Part shown: positions 58,590-64,000 of the stretch, one piece after another | Layout of the letters: every line of letters starts with the position of its first letter | Position numbering within the stretch: the stretch's first letter is position 1 | From: an uncultured Candidatus Saccharibacteria bacterium | Lineage (GTDB): Bacteria > Patescibacteriota > Saccharimonadia > Saccharimonadales > 2-12-FULL-41-12 | Length of the DNA: 64,000 nucleotides | NCBI GenBank assembly: GCA_947085855.1 | Contig: CAMTYB010000001.1 | Span: 85,788-149,787, forward strand | Direction: 5' to 3' | Translations under genes and position numbers: made by a program | Notes under the pieces: model-generated | What the model was told of the DNA's origin: nothing | Database searches by the model: none | What the model saw: only the letters and a program-made list of their open reading frames with translations

Positions 58590-59202
58590 GCTCCGTCGCA
58601 ATGCGGCCCACAACTCGTGCGAGTTCATTGGCGTACGGCTGCTCGCCAATAAAGTGTGCTGCGCCAGCTACTTCAATCAGTTCCGCGTTAGCGATAACGC
58701 TTGCAAGTTGACCACAACGAGCAACTAGGTACGGATGCAGTTCGCACTCTTTTTCACCAAATAATATAGTTGTAGGTATCCTTAGATCATTAACCAACGA
58801 AGAAGCATCCAGCGCAGAAAAAAACTTTAGCTCCTGCACTCGTTTTTGACCAATACGCTGGGCAAGTGCAGGGTCTAAATTTGTATTAATGTCCTCTGAG
58901 AACAGAGCCGAAGGAGAGCACAGCACCAAATGTCGCAAAGGAATTTGATCTACAATACTCAGAGCCGCCAAGGCACCCAAGGAATGCCCGATTAGGATTC
59001 CATTGTATTCACAGTGCTGCAATTGCTCAAGTGCACGCTGGCCAAAATCCTGCACACTCTGTTCTCCCCAGCCGCTGGTAACGCCACTGAGCAGCGCCCC
59101 TTGTGCTGCCATTGCATGTTTTAACTCATCCAAATCAGGATCGGTAAATGTCTTATCAGGGCTGTAACCAGGTACCAAAAAAGCTGCTACCATATCTGCC
59201 AT
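58576..59202 (-). CDS. Small serine hydrolase (alpha/beta fold, YdeN/RBBP9-like size)
   Basis: GHSLGALAALS nucleophile elbow and a C-terminal GAAHF block containing His. Its 3' end overlaps the AlaRS-like gene by 14 nt (convergent). Confidence 0.7.
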   Translation of the reverse strand: MADMVAAFLVPGYSPDKTFTDPDLDELKHAMAAQGALLSGVTSGWGEQSVQDFGQRALEQLQHCEYNGILIGHSLGALAALSIVDQIPLRHLVLCSPSALFSEDINTNLDPALAQRIGQKRVQELKFFSALDASSLVNDLRIPTTILFGEKECELHPYLVARCGQLASVIANAELIEVAGAAHFIGEQPYANELARVVGRIATELTVD

Positions 59203-59317
59203 ACTTTACTGTACATATAAATATTTTGCGACTAAAATATCACGCTTACAGTAGAGTGAGTGAAATTAGAATTTATTGGTACTTCGTAGTTGCTGAGTGC
59301 GTCCACTAGTGGGAGCC

Positions 59318-59359
59318 ATGAGGCTAGATGGTCAAGTTTACTTGATCGCCTAGCCTCAT
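59318..59359. other. Perfect 10-bp inverted repeat ATGAGGCTAG / CTAGCCTCAT with a nested inner stem (TCAAG/CTTGA)
   Basis: Direct reading. It lies in the 370-nt non-coding stretch at the island end. Confidence 0.6.
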
Positions 59360-59400
59360 TTGCGTTTCTGGGAAGGATGAGAACCGCTCTGCGTAGCAGT

Positions 59401-59491
59401 AGGTTCGGCGTAGCGAAAGCTCTCGCAGAAATTTACTTCGAGAAAACTTGAGCGGAGGAGGCGACAGACAATACCCTTTCCCCGTAGCCAA
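59401..59491 (+). repeat. Island-boundary repeat, copy C; its end duplicates the 3' end of tRNA-Asn
   Basis: AGGTTCGGCG (59401-59410) is identical to the reverse complement of the 10-mer in copies A and B. GCGGAGGAGGCGAC is close to GCGGAGAAGCGAC in A and B. It ends cctttccccgtagccaa (59475-59491), matching 16 of 17 nt of 52579-52595. Confidence 0.75.
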
Positions 59492-59507
59492 GATAAAGCA
59501 GATAAAG

Positions 59508-59538
59508 TCAGAACTGAATTAACTGTTCTGGCTTTTGT
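59508..59538 (+). terminator. Rho-independent terminator
   Basis: CAGAAC-TGAATTAACT-GTTCTG followed by GCTTTTGT, directly after repeat copy C. Confidence 0.65.
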
Positions 59539-59587
59539 ATGTGCAGACTGTTAATGAAACTCCCGGTGGAGTTTGCGTTTATGCTCT

Positions 59588-59596
59588 TGCTATACT
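59588..59596 (+). promoter_or_regulatory. Extended -10 element TGCTATACT, 6 nt upstream of ATG 59603
   Basis: Direct reading. A leaderless start is implied. Confidence 0.4.
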
Positions 59597-59602
59597 TTAG
59601 TC

Positions 59603-59815
59603 ATGAAAGCCGGCGTATACAGACACAAACGACACCCCCAGGACTTATATCTTTTTATTGGTCTCGCCAGACATCATGAAACAAATGAAGAGTTCATTGT
59701 ATATGTTCCACTTAGAATAGAAAAAGATTGGGCGGGTACAGCACGAATGGCCTTGCGGACTGTTGAAGATTTTAATGAAACCTTCGAGTATGTAGCTGAG
59801 CGTCTTCCTGAATAA
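59603..59815 (+). CDS. DUF1653-like small protein
   Basis: MKAGVYRHKRHPQDLYLFIGLARHHETNEEFIVYVPL pattern (YRHYKG...Y.V..L..H.ET.E..V.Y). Confidence 0.65.
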   Translation: MKAGVYRHKRHPQDLYLFIGLARHHETNEEFIVYVPLRIEKDWAGTARMALRTVEDFNETFEYVAERLPE

Positions 59816-59845
59816 CTCTAAAACATAGCATGATAAAATTGCCAC

Positions 59846-60343
59846 ATGACAAAATTCACGCAAAAATATACCATTGTCCAATTCCTCGAAGAGATTGCAG
59901 ATGGTTACGAGTATTCCTCGAGCAACTGGCCGCTACACACTACTATTGCTGACACTTTTGCAGTTGATTGGGACAAGGATAATTCGCTTGCTAAGCTAGA
60001 AGCATGGCTGACTAAGCAAAGGGCGGTCACCACAAAAGCTGCAAACTTTGAGTTCTTTGGGCCCGAGAAGCAAACAAAAGTAACATTGCTTGAAATTAAT
60101 AAAGAACTTTTGCAACTTCATAATAGTGTCGTGGATCTACTCAAGAATGATGGGGCAGTTTTTAATGACCCCCAATTTACGGGAACAGGCTTTTTGCCAC
60201 ACGTAACAGTGCAGTCTCACGCACATTTAAAAAAAGGTGATTTAGTTACTTTTACGGGCTTGTCCTTGATAGATATGTTTCCAAATAGCGATCCCTACCA
60301 GCGCAAGGTGCTCAAAACCATGATGCTTCTTAATAGTTATTGA
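59846..60343 (+). CDS. 2H phosphoesterase superfamily protein (LigT/cyclic phosphodiesterase-like)
   Basis: Two H-x-T/S-x motifs at the expected spacing: PLHTTIA and PHVTVQS. Confidence 0.65.
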   Translation: MTKFTQKYTIVQFLEEIADGYEYSSSNWPLHTTIADTFAVDWDKDNSLAKLEAWLTKQRAVTTKAANFEFFGPEKQTKVTLLEINKELLQLHNSVVDLLKNDGAVFNDPQFTGTGFLPHVTVQSHAHLKKGDLVTFTGLSLIDMFPNSDPYQRKVLKTMMLLNSY

Positions 60344-60465
60344 TGCATAAGAAACCAAGAACTCAAGATACTCGAGGCATTTGCTGGCAATCTCTCAAAG
60401 TTCGTCAACTAAGGTGAGCGAAGCTGCCTGAGCAGCTTGCGGTCTTTATTTGGTATAGTAAACAC

Positions 60466-60897
60466 GTGCACATAAATCCCAAGCTAGAAGACGTGGACGA
60501 CTCGTTGTATCGTGTTGCGGTACGCGCGTTAGTTTTACACGATGACAAAATACTAGCCGTCAAAGAAGTTGACAGCCAGCAATGGTCAATACCTGGCGGC
60601 GGAGTCGATTACGGAGAAGACTTAAAAGCCGGTCTATTGCGGGAAATTGAAGAAGAACTTGGCATCTCCGCTGAATCTGTTTCGTCAGATTTTCAAATTA
60701 TTCACTATGATATCGGAAACATTGTTAATGGCGTTCCACGTATGAACATATTCTTTACAGTTTCCGTGCCAGAGGATCGCATCAAGACAACGTCTCACGT
60801 CGAAGAGTGGGGCTGGTTTACCAGAGATGAGTTCATGGAACTAGACACAAACCCTTCTCACGATAAAGCCGAACTTATTGAAGTTATCTTCAGCTAA
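60466..60897 (+). CDS. NUDIX hydrolase
   Basis: Nudix box GGGVDYGEDLKAGLLREIEEELGI. GTG start 6 nt after GGTATAGT. Confidence 0.85.
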   Translation: MHINPKLEDVDDSLYRVAVRALVLHDDKILAVKEVDSQQWSIPGGGVDYGEDLKAGLLREIEEELGISAESVSSDFQIIHYDIGNIVNGVPRMNIFFTVSVPEDRIKTTSHVEEWGWFTRDEFMELDTNPSHDKAELIEVIFS

Positions 60898-60945
60898 CAG
60901 ATGTCTCTTTTGATTTATTGTAATTTATATGTTTTAATTTGAGAT

Positions 60946-61686
60946 ATGCCAACCTATTTAACAGGTGAAACAGTCCTTGAAGCTCCGATCAATAATGTGA
61001 TCGTTTATCCTTACTGCTCTAACGTAGGCCTAGATCATGAAGGTGAATTAGAGACTTACTTAAGCATTATGTCTACTATGTCAATTGATGCAGGCATAGA
61101 ATTAGGCCTTCAGGATCAGAGCAGAAAGCTTACACTACCTGGCGAAACACCCTTTGAAGACCTGGCTAACACGACTGACTTGATGGGGGCACGAGCTACA
61201 CATGCAGGTATTGCGGAGGGAGCACTCGACAGACTTTACAGCCTAAATGATGGGCGCCCCCTTAACAATACGTACCTGCAGTCACAAGGTGTCAAAGAGC
61301 ATAACGACGATAAAAATGAAGATTTAGACAGCTCTGTTGTTGTTGCACTTGATTACCATATAGCAAGAGTATGTGGAGCAATGGCAGCTTTCCAAGCCGC
61401 TCCTCGATTCGCTGTAACTGTGGAGTCAATTCTACAGGCGCGTGGCATACACGATTACGATAAATACTTGCCAGTTATTGATGGTTTGCGACGTAGCGAG
61501 AAACTTGCAAAATTAATGACACCTAAAATCCTGGGCTTAGACAAGGGTCAAATACCTAATTTTGCAGTCGCTCGCAAGGGAGCGCGCATAGTCGACATCA
61601 CAGAAGAACCCAACGGTACGTTTGTCTTAGAGAATGATTTTGCCTCTGCAAAACGTGCTCGCCTAGAAGCTAAAGCAGTCATTTAA
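60946..61686 (+). CDS. Hypothetical protein
   Basis: 246 aa ORF with no motif recognised. Confidence 0.55.
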   Translation: MPTYLTGETVLEAPINNVIVYPYCSNVGLDHEGELETYLSIMSTMSIDAGIELGLQDQSRKLTLPGETPFEDLANTTDLMGARATHAGIAEGALDRLYSLNDGRPLNNTYLQSQGVKEHNDDKNEDLDSSVVVALDYHIARVCGAMAAFQAAPRFAVTVESILQARGIHDYDKYLPVIDGLRRSEKLAKLMTPKILGLDKGQIPNFAVARKGARIVDITEEPNGTFVLENDFASAKRARLEAKAVI

Positions 61687-61754
61687 ATAAACTGGTTATA
61701 CGACTTTTGTAGAGATGGTTTATTATTACCATAGACATAAGGAGTATTAGCAAA

Positions 61755-61994
61755 ATGGGTTTTCTTATCGTTCTTGGAGTCGCGTTATGGATATTTATCG
61801 CCTTTTGGCCAGCCATACTAGCAAAAAACAAGGGTTACAGTTTTATTTTATTCCTCGTATTATCGTGGTTCGTCTCATTTCTTATTACGCTGCTTGCAGT
61901 AGCATTATTGCGAGACAAAACAATGACCGAGGCAGACAGAAAAGCTGACCGGGAAGCCGAAGCTGCTCTTGCCAAAGAAGAAAAACAAGCTTAA
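61755..61994 (+). CDS. Small two-TM membrane protein
   Basis: 79 aa with SD AAGGAG upstream. Two hydrophobic helices and a charged C-terminal tail. Confidence 0.6.
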   Translation: MGFLIVLGVALWIFIAFWPAILAKNKGYSFILFLVLSWFVSFLITLLAVALLRDKTMTEADRKADREAEAALAKEEKQA

Positions 61995-62092
61995 ATACTT
62001 TAGATGACACCTGTTTGCTAAAACGACAGGAACGCGCAGTTTAACCCTGTGGTCTCATTCGATGCCAACCTCCCAGAATACTGGGCATAGAT

Positions 62093-62404
62093 TTACTTCG
62101 ACTTAGCTTGTCTACCAAGCACCCATTTAACAGATGGACTGATAGATTTATCGGTGCGATGAATGCAACCAATCCAGCAGCAGGGGCGGCGTTTACCTTC
62201 TTTTAGTTCTTTAACAGTTCTTTTGATGTGATCTGTTCGTGTCTTTGGCTGCTTAACAGTAATGTTCCAGCAAATCCACTCATTACGCGCCAGTGGAGTC
62301 AGGCCTTCCCATTTTTCTAGAGATGCCTTGTTGGCTACCAAGGCTTTTTTCAAGTCAGCAGGCATCTCATGTACAGTGCCGCCAGTTACTTGTGCGTTCG
62401 TCAT
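62093..62404 (-). CDS. YdeI/OmpD-associated family protein
   Basis: PADLKKALVANKASLEKWEGLTPLARNEWICWNITVKQPKTRTDHIKRTVKELKEGKRRPCCW is the typical family pattern. Confidence 0.7.
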   Translation of the reverse strand: MTNAQVTGGTVHEMPADLKKALVANKASLEKWEGLTPLARNEWICWNITVKQPKTRTDHIKRTVKELKEGKRRPCCWIGCIHRTDKSISPSVKWVLGRQAKSK

Positions 62405-62485
62405 GTATTTATTTTACCTCAGTGACCTCTCGTGAGCCAGTGTCGCATCTATACAAAGTCTTGTTTTTATGTTATTTTATTCTTA

Positions 62486-62749
62486 ATGAATAATCCGCAA
62501 GAAGTTGCACCGGAATACTTGGTAGGTAAGCCAACTCGCTACACAGCTCGAGCAATGGGAACATTCTTGGCTGGAACCGCAGTTTTAATGGAAGTATCTG
62601 GGATACAGGAGTTAATGGCCGGCAATCACGAAGCAGGCCAAGAGCTTATTGTTCAAGGCATAACACCGACAGGACTGGTAGCTGGATTCCTCATCTGGGC
62701 CTCATTTGCCAAGAAGTCAAACTCCACACAGAATAACCAAGATCAATAA
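62486..62749 (+). CDS. Small membrane protein, hypothetical
   Basis: The start was set at MNNPQEV. Two hydrophobic segments. Confidence 0.5.
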   Translation: MNNPQEVAPEYLVGKPTRYTARAMGTFLAGTAVLMEVSGIQELMAGNHEAGQELIVQGITPTGLVAGFLIWASFAKKSNSTQNNQDQ

Positions 62750-62750
62750 T

Positions 62751-63266
62751 ATGTTAATAATACCAAACGCTCACGTCATAGATTTTAATCCTGAAGTTCG
62801 CTTGCCGCTCATGGAGGCAGAGGCGCTGAATCAGCAGCGTCAGACTTCAGAGCAAGTCTACACCTCGATCGATCATCGGGATCACGATCACTACACGCAA
62901 AAGGCCGAACGAACACGAAGACAGCGCAACTTAAAAGTAGCCGGCTTTGCCGGATATTACGTCACAGTGGTTGGGGAATATACACTTGATATGGCCATTC
63001 TGACCCGATATCCCGCAGCGACTATAGCAGTCGGCATGACTGCTGGCTGGTTTTTTGGCGGTGTAGGCGAAGATAATCAACAGATAAAAGACCAGGAAGA
63101 CAAGGCTGTGCGATGCGCAGCCTACGAAGTAGAGAACGCCGAGTACGACAAAAGAGACCCTTCGGAATGGGCAGTAGAGTGCCTCGAAAGTGCCGGAGTT
63201 ACCGCCCATGAAGTACTTCATCCGATTATTGCTGCCGCCCAAAAAGAACAACCAATTCAGTCTTAA
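62751..63266 (+). CDS. Hypothetical protein
   Basis: The start was set at MLIIPNAH, 1 nt after the upstream stop. One central hydrophobic region. Confidence 0.5.
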   Translation: MLIIPNAHVIDFNPEVRLPLMEAEALNQQRQTSEQVYTSIDHRDHDHYTQKAERTRRQRNLKVAGFAGYYVTVVGEYTLDMAILTRYPAATIAVGMTAGWFFGGVGEDNQQIKDQEDKAVRCAAYEVENAEYDKRDPSEWAVECLESAGVTAHEVLHPIIAAAQKEQPIQS

Positions 63267-63279
63267 ATCAATAATACGA

Positions 63280-63304
63280 GCCGACAGACGTGTCGGCTTT
63301 TGTT
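63280..63304 (+). terminator. Rho-independent terminator
   Basis: GCCGACA-GACG-TGTCGGC followed by TTTTGTT. Confidence 0.8.
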
Positions 63305-63341
63305 ATGATTAAGGGACAAGAACATAGCGGAGGGATGGCAT

Positions 63342-64000
63342 ATGGCACAAAAAATAATACCTAATCTTTGGTTTGATGGCATCGCCAAGGAGGCAGCCGA
63401 ATTTTACGTAGCTGCTTTTGGTAACGGCAACATAGTAGATACCACGTACTATCCCAAAAGTGCCGAAGAAGGTCTGGCTGATTTTCAACTTAATCTTGCT
63501 GGCAAAGAATTAACTGTTGACTTCGAGATAGATGGGTATCGATTTACCAATATTAATGCGGGGTCTGAGTTTACGTTTAATCAGTCAATTTCATTTATGG
63601 TCAACTTTGACCCTTCACGAGACGAACAAGCCGAGCAACACCTCAACGAGCTCTGGAGTAAATTGATTGACGGCGGTACCGCCCTCATGGACTTGGGCGA
63701 ATATCCATATAGCAAGCGCTACGGTTGGGTGAAAGATAAATATGGCCTGACGTGGCAACTCATGTTGACCGATCCCGCCGGCGAGCCACGACCGTTCATC
63801 ATACCGTCATTACTTTTTTCTCAAGAGCAGGCCAACAAAGCCAGTGAAGCCATCGACTACTATATATCGGTGTTTAACGATGCCCAGCGTGGCACCGAGG
63901 CACGCTATCCAGAAGACACCGGCCCGGCCAAAGCTGGCTCATTAATGTTCGCCGATTTCAAACTCGAAAATCAATGGTTTACAGCTATGGACTCTGGTGT
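63342..64000 (+). CDS. Tandem PhnB-like/VOC-fold protein (3-demethylubiquinone-9 3-methyltransferase-domain family), 3' end runs off the window
   Basis: Absent from the ORF track because it has no stop in the window. Manual translation from ATG 63342 is open to the window end: MAQKIIPNLWFDGIAKEAAEFYVAAFGN...RYGWVKDKYGLTWQLML. A second copy of the same pattern then begins (IIPSLLFSQEQANKASEAIDYYISVF...). Confidence 0.7.
   Translation, partial: MAQKIIPNLWFDGIAKEAAEFYVAAFGNGNIVDTTYYPKSAEEGLADFQLNLAGKELTVDFEIDGYRFTNINAGSEFTFNQSISFMVNFDPSRDEQAEQHLNELWSKLIDGGTALMDLGEYPYSKRYGWVKDKYGLTWQLMLTDPAGEPRPFIIPSLLFSQEQANKASEAIDYYISVFNDAQRGTEARYPEDTGPAKAGSLMFADFKLENQWFTAMDSG

Noticed and set aside
59203-59572. 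Identification of this non-coding stretch as RNase P RNA, SRP (4.5S) RNA, tmRNA or 6S RNA
   Set aside because: By eye I could not find the universally conserved blocks. These are GAGGAAAGTCC and ACAGAA for RNase P, the GGAA tetraloop with AGCAGC for SRP, and a GGGG...ACCA tRNA-like pairing with a tag ORF for tmRNA. Only an Infernal scan could settle this.

Overview
This is a 64 kb bacterial chromosomal window that is densely coding, with about 68 CDS and 2 tRNAs. I saw no rRNA, CRISPR array, transposase or integrase.

Recognisable core genes:
- A complete F1Fo ATP synthase operon (atpI-like, B, E, F, H, A, G, D, C) on the - strand at 37071-43950.
- A pgi-pgl-zwf oxidative pentose-phosphate cluster at 23753-27629.
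- argG followed by an M20 deacylase.
- smpB, a trehalase and a UvrD-type helicase fused to a RecB-type nuclease.
- A GGDEF diguanylate cyclase, several alpha/beta hydrolases, a GT2/glycoside hydrolase pair and an M15 cell-wall peptidase.

Many other ORFs are orphans. The gene content, the orphan-rich blocks and the frequent apparently leaderless starts would fit a small-genome lineage such as Saccharibacteria/Patescibacteria. That is only a weak inference and is not needed for any call.

Most interesting observations:
1. Both tRNA genes are followed by a short island that ends in a near-perfect direct repeat of the tRNA 3' end. tRNA-Asn has a ~6.9 kb AT-rich island and tRNA-Gln a ~2.45 kb islet. 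Neither island has a recombinase gene.
2. The tRNA-Asn island carries only enzymes. It includes a tight four-gene operon: a Gfo/Idh/MocA-like oxidoreductase, an S51-type hydrolase, a YqcI/YcgG-family protein and a truncated divergent alanyl-tRNA-synthetase paralogue. A class IV aminotransferase, a 2OG-oxygenase-like protein and a serine hydrolase flank it. I read this as a candidate uncharacterised small-molecule (modified amino acid or peptide) pathway.
3. A roughly 75-95 nt repeat family has three copies, all at island boundaries. Each copy ends in a different tRNA-3'-end-like N7-N-CCA sequence.
4. The tRNA-Gln islet encodes a tail-fibre-like protein and a beta-helix protein.
5. The left edge holds a regulatory cluster of two sigma-70 paralogues. 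One is fused to a LuxR-type HTH. Between them lies a protein built from three tandem ~110 aa HTH modules, and a conserved 26-nt box overlaps two of the start codons.

All functional calls come from motif recognition by eye. No database search was run.
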